From Clostridia bacterium (lineage in GTDB: Bacteria > Bacillota > Clostridia > Christensenellales > UBA1242), in contig JAFUKB010000010.1 in assembly GCA_017467895.1 (NCBI GenBank), positions 1 to 57,193 of the forward strand: a stretch of 57,193 nt of DNA. The letters are read 5' to 3'. The translations under genes and the position numbers were made by a program. The notes beneath the pieces were generated by a model that saw only the letters and a list, made by a program, of their open reading frames with translations, searched no databases and was not told where the DNA came from. Position 1 is the stretch's first letter. Every line of letters begins with the position of its first letter. Positions 49,601 through 57,193 of this stretch are shown here, in pieces.

Positions 49601-52600
49601 ATAAATCAAAAGCCACTGGCGGACTTGTTGGCGTGTTAAATGGCGGAAAAGTTGCAATCGCTTACTCAAAATTGAATGTTATTTCAAATTCAAAATATGC
49701 GGGCGGTGCATTTGGTTATGTAAGCATAGCGTATTCAAAGGAAGAGGGTTCAGCAACAAAAAATGCACTCACATTAAGTGAGGTTTATGCAAGTGGCGAT
49801 GTTTATTCTGAACTTGTTGCCTCATATATTGGTGGTGTTGCAGGCTATTTTAATGATGCAAGTGCAACTATTGACAAAATCAATGCGGTAAATTATTGGG
49901 GCAAAAACTCTTATGATATGTTTGCCGAAACAAACGAATGCTTTAATGTTTATGACCAAACAGGCATAAATATCGGTGTTATATTCAACACAAATGCAGA
50001 AATTCGAGAGGCAAATGTAAACACGCAAGAGGGCGAAGAAGGCTATTCAACAAAGAGCATATTCTCAATTCAAGGCGTACAGTTTGAAGGCGAAACGGCA
50101 AAAAAATTCAAAACAAACCCATCAAACTCAATGCAAAGTTATTATGACTATCAAGGCGTAACAACCGATAGTGGTGCTCAAGTAGATTTAATGTTTAAAC
50201 AAAACGGTTGGTATAATAATGGCAACTGGAGCCGTCAAACATTAGAGGCACTTCCTCATATTGAATATATAAATTCAAGCAATATATTAGAGATAAGAAG
50301 TACGGCAGATTTCTATTTGTTCTCTCTTTATGGAAATGACCCAGATAACCTGTTTGTTATTAACGGTAAAGAGCGCGACGATGGTTCAAAATTAATAGAT
50401 TGCCGAGGCTGGCAAACAACTTATGCGGGACTTAGAGCAAACATTATTGGTGCAACCAATGAAGATGGTTTTGAAAACTTAAATGTAACATTGTTTAGAA
50501 CTGCAAATGGCGCGTCAATTTCTAACCTATTGTTTAAAGGTAGCACTGCCGCTTTTGTAAATCAGGCAACAAGTTGCAAATTTAAAAATATTGCATTTAC
50601 TGAATCTACATTTGCAACTGTAACTGGTGGAAATTTAAGTGGTGTGGCAAATGTTGTTTCAGGTGCAGGCTCTGAGTTTGACACAATAACATTTGACAAG
50701 TGTAAAATTATTGGCAGTGCGGCAGATAACGCAGGCTTCTTGTTTGCAACAACAGGTAATGAAGGCTACACAGATATTAAAATTTCTAATATTAAATTAA
50801 ATAATAGTGAAGAGAATAACTATAGCGTAAGCAGAGAATACTCTCGTACTACACTTAACTACGGCTTGTTGTTTGGTTCTGCTTCATGTGCGGTTAACGT
50901 TGGCTCGGTTAAACTATATGATAATATGTCTGTTAACATTGTTAACGGCAATAAAGATGATGACACAAACCATGCGGTTAATGTTGGTCTTATTGCTGGG
51001 TATGCAAAAGACTTAACTTTATCACTCAGTGACCTAACTTTAGAGGTTGAAGATGAATCCGAGGGCAGTGCATTGGCAGAGCAAGGGTTGGTAGTAAAAG
51101 GTCCAGACCTTGTAACAAATCAAAAATATAAAGCACAAGCAACATTTAATGTTGGTGGAATTGTTGGTCAGGCTATCAATTTAAAAGTTTCTGCAAACAA
51201 CCCAGATGTAAGCAAAACTTCGGTGTATTTTGCACCAGCCATTTCTGTAACCAATATGCAATCGGCAACCAACCTTTATTTGGGGACTTTGTGTGGCATA
51301 GCAGACAAAATTGAATTAAGTGGTAATGCTTTGTTCATATTAGGCCAAAAGAACCTTGGAGAAGACAAGGTTGAGTTTACTTCATTAATCTATGACATGG
51401 CAGAAGGCGATGTTCATGAAGAATATACCGAAACCATTACAGCAAATAACTCTATTGGTGGTGTTGCTGGACAAATTGACTCATTAACCGATGTTGATTC
51501 GGCAGGTGCTGGACTTGAACCATTTATTTCTTATTATGGTGACATGGTTGCTGGCACAGCAAAGACCTCAAAAACATCTTATATGAATTTGGGTGGTTTG
51601 TTTGGCGTTGCAGGGTCAACCGAATCTGGTTCAGTGCTTAAAAATGCATTCTTTGATGGCACTATGAGTTTTGGCAATAATATTGTTGACAATCTAAGAC
51701 TCGGAGGCATTGTTGGCTGTATTCCAGTGTATAATGAATTAACAATATATAATGTTGTTGCATCGGGCGAAATATTACTTTCTAGCAAAGACGGAGATAT
51801 TGCTCTAGAGGGAAACCGTTACGCTGGTGGCTTGGTAGGATTCGTTGAAGGGCATTCTAGTGGCAAGCCAGAGAACAGTGGAAAACTTATTATTGGCAAC
51901 AAAGACGGCGAAGTAATTGATGGAAAAACTTATTATTATAAGACAGCAGTTATTACAACACTTTATACTAAGCAACATTATGCAAACATTGACGCCATTG
52001 CAAAAATAGGCAGTGGAGCAACCGTTGAAATTGGAACTGTTGATGGAATTTCTCTTGCACAATATTCTTCAACATTAACATTGTGCACAAGTTCGCGTTC
52101 TCATGAAAACGGCTCAGGGGCAGTAAACTATGTAACAAATTACTCTTATGCCGATATTACAGGCAACTATGAACAAGGCTCAAAAGTAGTTACAAGCACG
52201 GTGTTCCAAGCAGTTGGTGGCGATTCAAGCACATTTACTGGCACAAAATTAAATCCTTACATTTTAAGAACAAATGGTGTTTCGTCAAAAGATGGCTATG
52301 CGTTAACCGATCCATTCTTTGCAACAGTTGATACATCTAAAAAGACTTATTCACTTGAAAGCAAATCATCTAGAAAGTTGTATGTTTATGTAGAAAATGA
52401 TGTAAATTTCATAACTTATCAATTCTCATTAAACAACACATTCTTGTTTGCCGATGGCAAATCAATATATGCAGGTGTAACACCAATTAACGAGGTTGAT
52501 GATAGAAGTGCAGTCTCTGGCGTTATTGCAAAAATATATATTGACACCAACGAACAACAATATAAAGAAAATTTCCAAAGCACAGATTCTTATGCTGGCT

Positions 52601-55600
52601 TTGTAAATGCAAACAGAGGCATAATTTATGCTTGTTCGGTTCAAGAATGTATGAACCAAACAAACGAAATGAACTATTCAACTCAGTTCTATGGTTATTT
52701 CTCTAATACAACTGCTACGGCGACTGGAGAATACACTGGCTTTGGTGGGTTTGTAAGTTATAACGAGGGTTACATTTTTGGTTCTAATGCAAATGTTTAT
52801 TTCTCAAAAGATAATTCATTGCCTGCAAGTGCATTTGTTGCAAATAACCGCGAAACAGGTAATATTGCATACTGCTATGCTAGTGGTGTAAACTATGCTC
52901 CTAGCGGAGATTTGTTTACTACCTCAACTCCGGGTGAGTATTCCGAAAGCAAAGAAGACTTTAATATTTGGCTTGGTCTTGACGAATCGGTAAGTGATTA
53001 CACTGGCTATGAAACTTTTATGTCAAGCGTAGCAAAAGATGCAGACGGTTATTATGTTGGCGATTTGTATGATTTTGGTTATTGGGCTAACATGATTACA
53101 GTTACCTATTCCAACGGAACTACTCCAGTTGATACAAAAGCAATTAACTGGGTAGTTGATGTACTTAAAGATCGTTGGCAAGATGCAACTGGTGCAGAAG
53201 ATGAGGTAGAACAAAAAGAAGCAATTATTGAAGAACTTTACGAACAATATTGCACAAGCGTTGCTAATGGCACTGGCTCAATTAAACAAAAACATAATTC
53301 AGAAGGCGAACTTGTTCCTGCATTCCAAGGCACTTATCAAAATTGCTATACAATTTCAATGGCAAAAGGCGAAAATGTTAATCCAGCGTTGCCAAAAGAT
53401 GATGGAAATATTGTATACGGCGAAGAACTTGCGTCTGAAGTGCAATTAGACAGCGCAAATGATACTAATCTTTACAACGCAATTAGTGGCAGTGTAGATT
53501 CAAAACTAATTGAGTTGGATCAAAGTTTAGGTTATGGCTATTATAACTGTGATCCAGATTATAACTGGAACTATCCAACACTCTCCGGTGGCGCATTTAA
53601 ACACTTTGACTTTTTAAAGCGTTGCACTCTTTGTGTGTATGATGCCGAAAATGAAATGTATGAAATAAAAGACAAAGCAAAAGTTTCAAGTTTAGAAATA
53701 AGCGGAGTTAAGTTAGACGGGCACACTATTGTTCGTGATACTTCTCTTGATGATGCTAATGTTAACGATTACTTTAAACAAGTATTCTATGTTCAAATAC
53801 CAAACCTAAAGGTTTTAAGAAATCTTCAAGGATTTATTGATGGCTTAGATATGGTAGGCGACGGCGTATATACATATCAATATAGTAAATTTGTTGTTAT
53901 ATCAGATTTAAATTTTGGCTATGAAGGTAGCACACTTGGAACATCACACTTTATTAATCATCTTAGCGATAATAGTTCTAATCCAGTTAAAATTGAAATC
54001 GATGCATATAATAATGCGTTTAGAAATATTACATTAAAGAATTGTAATTTGATTCAAGACATTGCGTCTAATGGGCAACAAATTGAATTAAGAAAATTTG
54101 TATTCCAAAACATTAACTTGCAAAAATCTAATGGTTTGATTGGCTCAATATCAAACAATGTTACAATTAAAATTGTTGAATTTGGGCAAAGCACAAACGC
54201 TTTAAATGAACAAGAAGAGATCTTAATTTCTCCTCCAAACACAGGAGCACAAAACGATAATGTTGTTGGTATTCTTGTTTCAAAAAATAATGGTGGAACA
54301 ATTTCCGACTGTAAACTAAGCACAATTATTAGAACAGAAGGTACCACAGAAACCAAAGATTATATAATTGGCGGTTTGGTTGGTCAAAACATGGGAACAG
54401 TTATAAACTGTGAATTTAGCGGAAAAGTTATAATTAAAGAATCAACTGAAAAACTCAATGTTATCTTTGGTGCGTTTGTGGGCGAAAACGGAAGCGCAGA
54501 TAAATCTGGAACCATTTCATTGTGTTTGTTAAAAGAAGGTAGTTCAAATATTTACTATCTTTCAGAAGGTGGCTCAATTTATTTAAGCAATGAAGATGAA
54601 AGAGTAGAAGACGACCCAATTTTAACGGCGCTTGACACAAATGGCAACGAACAACCAATTGAAATGAAAGCACAAATTTATGTTGCAACAAAGGGCGAAG
54701 CGGTTGTTGGTGGCATTGCCGGAAAACACACAAAAGGAACAATTAATCAATGTGTTACCTTTGCAAGTGGCGAAAACACAGATGTTCAACAAAATTTAGG
54801 CATTTTGGTTGGCGATGAAGAATATCAAATGAAAGCCTTTGTTGGCGGAATTGTGGGTGAAGTTAAAAATGGTTTAATTCATGACTCTGCAAACCGAATG
54901 AACATTTCTGCTTTGGCTGTATGGCAATTAACAACAAGCAATCCTGACGCGGCTCAATATAAATACAAGGTAAGCGCAGACGGAATTGAACTTGGCATTG
55001 GCGATATAAACGACAAGAACCTTGCTGTTTACTATGAAGATGCAGACCCTACTCCAATTATGAAGTTTGATAATAAGGGCATGATTTATGTTTATCGCGA
55101 AATGACTTCACTTGCGTATGCTGGTGGCATTGTTGGTTATGGTTTAACAACTACCTCGGTTGACCCTGATGACGAAGTGTCAAACGTAAGATTAATCAAC
55201 TATGGCGAAATAATGGGCGGTTATAGGGCAATAAAGCCTGTAGCAACAATTACTGCAACAATAGGCGACACTACTGGATTTGGTGTGACATTCTGGGGTG
55301 CATTCGCTGGTGCTGTTGCAGGCGCAATCGTTGGTGGTGTAAACATCGCAAATGTTATTAAAAACACAGCAACGCTTGGCGGAATTGCTAGTGCAGTTGG
55401 ATATTTTGCAGCACAAATTGCAACCGAAATGTTAAAAGCCGCAATTCATACACAAACAATTTTGAAATGGGTTGGCATTGCGGCATTTGGATTGTCAGCA
55501 ACCTTAATGGTGACAATGTATCAACTTGCAGCAAACATGGTAACTACACCTACATTTACAACAAGGGGAATTATTGGTAACAGTTTAAATTATTATAAAG

Positions 55601-57193
55601 ATGTCAATTTTGTACAGTTAATGGTAAACGCAACAGATGGATATAATGATGCAACTGTAAAAGACATGATTATTAAAGCACTTAACCCAGATGACAGCAA
55701 TTTCCCTGCAGATTACTACGATTTGGTTGGCTCAAATGCAGCGGGCGCATATTCAATGTTCTGGATGGCAGCAACAGTTGAAGGTGGCTTTAGAGAAAAC
55801 AAAATTACCTATAATGCAAAAATAGGCGAGGTTGATAGTTACACCGAAGTTGTTAATAAACAACTTGGCGAAAATGCACACACTTATCTGGCACTTGAAA
55901 CATTATTAGAAGTAGAAAAACCGTTAAAAAATTATTCTTATGATGGAATTTGCCCAACATTGGTTTCAGAAAGCGGAGAAGGTGTATATCAAGTTTATTC
56001 TGCAGTTGACAATTTTGACGCAGATAAAACAATGCACGCAGGTAATATAGAGAACTCAAAACTTGCATATGTTAATGTTGCAGACAAATATAAAGGTTTG
56101 TCAGCTGTACCAACTCAAGACGCATGGGGCAATCAGTTTGATGTTGATGAAGATGGCTATTTTGTTCCTAGTGTTGGTTTAAAATCTGAAATTGACCCAG
56201 ACAATATTTCATCTATTGCTGAAGATGGCTACGCAATGTATATCATTAAAAACCCATCTGAGTGGGAAGATGTTGTTTACACAATAAACAAGCGCTCAAT
56301 AGATGAAACCAATAGCGACCCTAACTATAAATCTTATTATTTAAAAGCACAAATTCAAATTAACTTTGTTGGTGGTTACAAATATTTAGATGTTAGCGAT
56401 AACTCATTAAATAAATTTGATGGAAAAATAACATCAAAAACTGCTTATGAATTTAACAATTTAGTGTTAAAAAATAAAGGTTATGATAGTTTCGGCTTAA
56501 TTAAATCAACATCGGGTGCAACTTTAACAAATATTTATGTTAAAGGTATGGTTACTGTTTCAAGTGTTATGCCAATAGCAGATGCCCCAGATACTCCAAT
56601 AAGTGGTGGTATTTTGATTGGTAAAGTAAATGCCGATGCGGAAAAGGTTGAAGTAACTCAATCTAATATTTCAATAGGAACATTTGAATTTGACTCAACA
56701 GCATTGTCTAATATCTCTCACTTTGGTGCAATTATAGGTCATGTTGAATCAAATACTAGTGCTCATGAAGTGCTTGTTCAAAATATAACAATTAACACTC
56801 AATTTAAAGGTGCAACATCGGCAATGATTGCCGGTGACACAGCAGACACTGATTCAACTAACAAAGCATTTGGTGCTGTGATTGGCGCTGTTACAAAACT
56901 AGACGAAGACACTCATGGAGAAACGATTATTGATAATGTTGAGTTAAAAGGAAACATTGAACTTGGCTCTAACTTTAACCGTGTTGGTGGCTTTGTGGGT
57001 TATGTAGGTAAAAATGCATTAGTATCTCTTGGAAATGCTGGTGGGAATGTTACCAACATGACAGTAAAAGCAGTTGCAAAAGCAAACACTAGCGTTGGTG
57101 GAGTTCTTGGCTATAACTGTGGGACATTTAACATTAAAGGCGAACTTACAATAGCAAATATTACAACACTTATGATATCAGCCGATGTTTCAT
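40627..57193 (+). CDS. Giant surface lipoprotein (>5,522 aa, 3'-truncated) with Ig-like and GLUG/beta-helix repeats
   Basis: RBS TAGGAG, then MKKLSYLVLSLIFVLSCGLFSAC lipobox. Frame +1 reads open wherever I translated it, and the track has no closed ORF in that frame. Repeats FVGGLVGENSG (44131), GTANNPIII (48481), IGGLVGQNMG (54367) and VGGVLGYN (57094). Confidence 0.92.
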   Translation, partial: MKKLSYLVLSLIFVLSCGLFSACNPNGDGASITLSTSNVSIYLGETENNSVVVNALPNNVDARVLDIVYDTTYIKITQSEKLSDGSFNLTVTSKVADFGTTTPIAVEIKAGTASAVFYVELVLPVEEIVVNGTPHVAYTGNQTTFNLLNCISFEPEGTKQTGVEFILDDEVSYAHIDGNILTIDSGASLNFLTGQIPSLKIKANSTVEGKNSIGAEFNVQIIPNIKLLADVIDVTVDYNGAENVALENSDYNLSITKNVITGTYQTDTFNVKIAIPSSLGIEVDVDSQTGGGLATNILNYLTYSKSISEDRTNPANVLDVYTFAFEASSTLQGEGYLRFKYQYENYSQDSTLSASFVGVASDNTLLSQVKVSVLMPITSIEVVTECTYDEASSQYIVYQNYQTGTYGATLSFVAQPAGTSQTALVLVKPEGSGLLIYNHKGELLAFEYNEETLRYECPITSNEQLYVKGGANAVETLQCFSLAHGKEGIVKEVTFKVLEGGSGLAFVESVGDVNGLESKTVYMQQSLTGEAIVYSPGAVLSDFVYDTAHVIVSNTDTLGYFKITFKDLTVGEHIINISTINGYLVQAIVNVIEPISQVNVNLGDNASHISGVGNFAVIDNDVVNVALENGFSALLNYVTNEGAKVRRVEYGFYEPVLYGGMYDQKIKSLKNVTSETYLTDNGIGDHDFVEASSIVSTQNLNLTNLLTGVSTGVVVVRATIYGQHVENGKVSDIVVATKYICVEVYNAVKQIEASAKNISLRAENQLDAEYKYLASTTISVEALANDGLIATYDKVFIDAGLYTEVPATGEGDDIITSKFTKKVSGTSIFEAVYDYNAKTLTIKVLYVDKATAGSVHTITLLAGDFINVASGKTVFADDLNAYNVKSFVINLTIIETTVVDDISVSNLTLESETETTYNSDGSINVLGQKTYSTVYIDTSKSSSVVYKIYTQVAPINAFNKNLTFTFNPNSGYSQAMLDISAEGTVTVLSKQGGTGVIIIEPADSHSNAKIVRIPIVVADGNSWETAYEISSLSEVIDVNKHYVLTNPTTYLAPNTLLEGKTFNGGLYGKRATETSDACATIKLDGNPLFTLLGTSAQIKHLNLIGDVNSKDITIQRTNAGGTTETKTFNNGFVAYENMGIIASVKVTTYVNAYGVYVPSTLYAKTDISFVGGLVGENSGIISNCTFAGSINITNAPADVKANAISAINNGTIESCKIIVAKFASDVDANRIVVDSENTTETVYVNGVVDLRDGTRRTNSTFDDSTLSYITKQRYDGDKYVLDKNVFIRDNEGHSYGEKENAYGILFYYKALNENKQKAIAEFNTIKFEDLFDFANLAGDEAAKTEVAKQLKITALNSDGTVCNFVSVGANAIEIKGVGEFKIKITSEFDYTILFELNILSVYYTSGFSINYNGADLSSEDTLAIVHGQTREVVSSLNNKITLNGEVIDLVANDFIIAFTLIHGGSTVDNASEYITNNKLGTHTVNMLWTWNESTKVYANIDSGYGLSYNLLLNKIIGLLDTEGNAKQLFSIQLKNGTTNISTNLTDGSIEPKDTFAFEATITTDVDDDYIAVVDKTSGALKGVMVFNQTNYDCTEYFVIEVAQVSSYTYEVKVTLDLNKFYGEGSANIMDFINKKYTVVVYAFNNAGADSTRYEPFASVNFTLLPQTVSNINTTLYNVTQTTVTGVSVSERETATSVIMPSESGMFVIDMFPSYASFDYLEVVATSNTMSKLSYRLEEYDPRIVEECEDETLGWVSNYRTVTSNIDGTGKKLYEAISDKNGIRIYNNNSYNSDFYNAYADKFNEHINNINNVGKYFIKIFADSSFDADTIFTITVNAYLNGECLTAQSVFTLYMRMPEAPQLTIDGQTKVYKLVGEEIIADVLVSDDQINFTPYIARNNDDNNLSALDGKNVENKVFITWWQVSENVDIGYKRYKVSIYFAESYDYSVDSTQLKLVVETTKIFNGKSILVSSDVYIYMVDFLPEQNDISVFDAIDGVFNVTSLKKSELSLAELMLSNVNATENFINTFNSNYYFPVITEDSSNNSTGFVFGKNEYTVTVGKETYICKNKAEVLASYLSFVNGDEKTALAIYQYNAIIGDYVLVLNQDNFNRIIFSIDPATGKLYVQGGDVTGTVEMALDIQYRMPDNTIYTYEYRFSIVNSLYTTEDLPVEIANNTDFLNINNNDKAYDYILTKDLNLYDYTAITSTDKIKSLDGNNHTINIWNYAKVESGSAVFALFNQISANTTIKNLTVNLYYLSEIEVGDAITEAQVAGFAITNNGAIYNCEVIAYKSTVNTTASSVLGLKLNKDVEATVAGFVINNVGSITNSRVGAESKLVTQISYIEDIEGKVTDHKVEETTILAKPLTILASGTVSGFAVNNTGVIASSFVKNLTIQNTYYKQETRVTTGFVNSNSGTISLCYTEGGFANDNDIQASIYGLEGSGIMSGFVYLNSGKISDSYSNLMITNTRDQVGRLGAGFVFENETSGIVERCYSASKIIINNVTQMNFAGIKDFGGYNNYGTVKNSYYYITNSADQVAIESMMNTEINSVSVADDDKNFYGFSFATTKNAGTWKMTSHGPKLVSPDDIAHSVRAKYERPESVQSELNYVFVYCEGYELGTANNPIIIRNAEEFNSVLGGSTSTDIKANYGNGKIYGAYRLVNNINMLELVPEEEQQTEYKVNLLSTKLILTGEYSESSNRNGSLNGNGLTISNLAISNSSTQSDGFGLFKSVENGASIANLNITLSSGGVTADHTVFVGTLAGSLVDSFAYNISIASQDNKQSVSVIGANIVGGAFGRVVGASYLSNIYTENISVTATYNSITPKTTGYNDALILQIENIYDRKSQGFADVSLAGGIAGVVDIYTKEQYEGNIVYAEQVLDTNVQSMHVKGGLIVEGMSAGGVFGYIGEYVVAKDIALELTNDVIESKITAYNCYAGGIAAYSEGYLYQIKSEHTSTWQTAIESNYHNYYTATNYESIDRGNEKLFVSSVGYKSKATGGLVGVLNGGKVAIAYSKLNVISNSKYAGGAFGYVSIAYSKEEGSATKNALTLSEVYASGDVYSELVASYIGGVAGYFNDASATIDKINAVNYWGKNSYDMFAETNECFNVYDQTGINIGVIFNTNAEIREANVNTQEGEEGYSTKSIFSIQGVQFEGETAKKFKTNPSNSMQSYYDYQGVTTDSGAQVDLMFKQNGWYNNGNWSRQTLEALPHIEYINSSNILEIRSTADFYLFSLYGNDPDNLFVINGKERDDGSKLIDCRGWQTTYAGLRANIIGATNEDGFENLNVTLFRTANGASISNLLFKGSTAAFVNQATSCKFKNIAFTESTFATVTGGNLSGVANVVSGAGSEFDTITFDKCKIIGSAADNAGFLFATTGNEGYTDIKISNIKLNNSEENNYSVSREYSRTTLNYGLLFGSASCAVNVGSVKLYDNMSVNIVNGNKDDDTNHAVNVGLIAGYAKDLTLSLSDLTLEVEDESEGSALAEQGLVVKGPDLVTNQKYKAQATFNVGGIVGQAINLKVSANNPDVSKTSVYFAPAISVTNMQSATNLYLGTLCGIADKIELSGNALFILGQKNLGEDKVEFTSLIYDMAEGDVHEEYTETITANNSIGGVAGQIDSLTDVDSAGAGLEPFISYYGDMVAGTAKTSKTSYMNLGGLFGVAGSTESGSVLKNAFFDGTMSFGNNIVDNLRLGGIVGCIPVYNELTIYNVVASGEILLSSKDGDIALEGNRYAGGLVGFVEGHSSGKPENSGKLIIGNKDGEVIDGKTYYYKTAVITTLYTKQHYANIDAIAKIGSGATVEIGTVDGISLAQYSSTLTLCTSSRSHENGSGAVNYVTNYSYADITGNYEQGSKVVTSTVFQAVGGDSSTFTGTKLNPYILRTNGVSSKDGYALTDPFFATVDTSKKTYSLESKSSRKLYVYVENDVNFITYQFSLNNTFLFADGKSIYAGVTPINEVDDRSAVSGVIAKIYIDTNEQQYKENFQSTDSYAGFVNANRGIIYACSVQECMNQTNEMNYSTQFYGYFSNTTATATGEYTGFGGFVSYNEGYIFGSNANVYFSKDNSLPASAFVANNRETGNIAYCYASGVNYAPSGDLFTTSTPGEYSESKEDFNIWLGLDESVSDYTGYETFMSSVAKDADGYYVGDLYDFGYWANMITVTYSNGTTPVDTKAINWVVDVLKDRWQDATGAEDEVEQKEAIIEELYEQYCTSVANGTGSIKQKHNSEGELVPAFQGTYQNCYTISMAKGENVNPALPKDDGNIVYGEELASEVQLDSANDTNLYNAISGSVDSKLIELDQSLGYGYYNCDPDYNWNYPTLSGGAFKHFDFLKRCTLCVYDAENEMYEIKDKAKVSSLEISGVKLDGHTIVRDTSLDDANVNDYFKQVFYVQIPNLKVLRNLQGFIDGLDMVGDGVYTYQYSKFVVISDLNFGYEGSTLGTSHFINHLSDNSSNPVKIEIDAYNNAFRNITLKNCNLIQDIASNGQQIELRKFVFQNINLQKSNGLIGSISNNVTIKIVEFGQSTNALNEQEEILISPPNTGAQNDNVVGILVSKNNGGTISDCKLSTIIRTEGTTETKDYIIGGLVGQNMGTVINCEFSGKVIIKESTEKLNVIFGAFVGENGSADKSGTISLCLLKEGSSNIYYLSEGGSIYLSNEDERVEDDPILTALDTNGNEQPIEMKAQIYVATKGEAVVGGIAGKHTKGTINQCVTFASGENTDVQQNLGILVGDEEYQMKAFVGGIVGEVKNGLIHDSANRMNISALAVWQLTTSNPDAAQYKYKVSADGIELGIGDINDKNLAVYYEDADPTPIMKFDNKGMIYVYREMTSLAYAGGIVGYGLTTTSVDPDDEVSNVRLINYGEIMGGYRAIKPVATITATIGDTTGFGVTFWGAFAGAVAGAIVGGVNIANVIKNTATLGGIASAVGYFAAQIATEMLKAAIHTQTILKWVGIAAFGLSATLMVTMYQLAANMVTTPTFTTRGIIGNSLNYYKDVNFVQLMVNATDGYNDATVKDMIIKALNPDDSNFPADYYDLVGSNAAGAYSMFWMAATVEGGFRENKITYNAKIGEVDSYTEVVNKQLGENAHTYLALETLLEVEKPLKNYSYDGICPTLVSESGEGVYQVYSAVDNFDADKTMHAGNIENSKLAYVNVADKYKGLSAVPTQDAWGNQFDVDEDGYFVPSVGLKSEIDPDNISSIAEDGYAMYIIKNPSEWEDVVYTINKRSIDETNSDPNYKSYYLKAQIQINFVGGYKYLDVSDNSLNKFDGKITSKTAYEFNNLVLKNKGYDSFGLIKSTSGATLTNIYVKGMVTVSSVMPIADAPDTPISGGILIGKVNADAEKVEVTQSNISIGTFEFDSTALSNISHFGAIIGHVESNTSAHEVLVQNITINTQFKGATSAMIAGDTADTDSTNKAFGAVIGAVTKLDEDTHGETIIDNVELKGNIELGSNFNRVGGFVGYVGKNALVSLGNAGGNVTNMTVKAVAKANTSVGGVLGYNCGTFNIKGELTIANITTLMISADVS

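Noticed and set aside
40753-56068. Many short track ORFs across 40.7-56 kb
   Set aside because: Shadow ORFs on other frames or the opposite strand of the giant frame +1 gene.
1-57193. Complete DGR (RT, avd, template repeat) or other mobile-element enzymes
   Set aside because: No RT, integrase or transposase motifs in any ORF, and no AAC-rich non-coding copy of either variable region was seen.

Overview
AT-rich chromosomal window (code 11) from a Clostridia-like, probably spore-forming Firmicute. The backbone is housekeeping: tatD (partial), rsmA, gmk, a type IIA topoisomerase pair (ParE/ParC-like), pdp, truA, a short alaS, pth, mfd, a PrsA-like foldase, acpP, tRNA-Leu(CAG) and a large SRP RNA. 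Sporulation-type genes (RsfA-, CwlD-, YwmB- and SpoIIQ-like) are interspersed. Two features stand out. (1) Two dispersed paralogous surface-protein cassettes (16763-18199 and 24734-25978) share an upstream region with the identical promoter TTGACA-acttcgc-G9-TACACT, which has a slippage-prone poly-G tract in a 16-bp spacer. They have a near-identical N-terminal export module, a divergent middle, and a C-terminal WWLRSP...G.R.AFQI (DUF6273/C-type-lectin-like) domain; the 3' end of the first has the codon signature of a DGR variable region. Each lies tail-to-tail with a stable-RNA gene, and a third gene (21565-22203) appears to encode only the N-terminal module. No reverse transcriptase or template repeat was seen in the window. 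(2) A giant lipoprotein ORF missing from the ORF track starts at 40627 and runs off the window (>5,500 aa). It has Ig-like and GLUG/beta-helix repeats and an internal glycine-zipper hydrophobic segment. All calls come from motif recognition by eye; no database searches were run.
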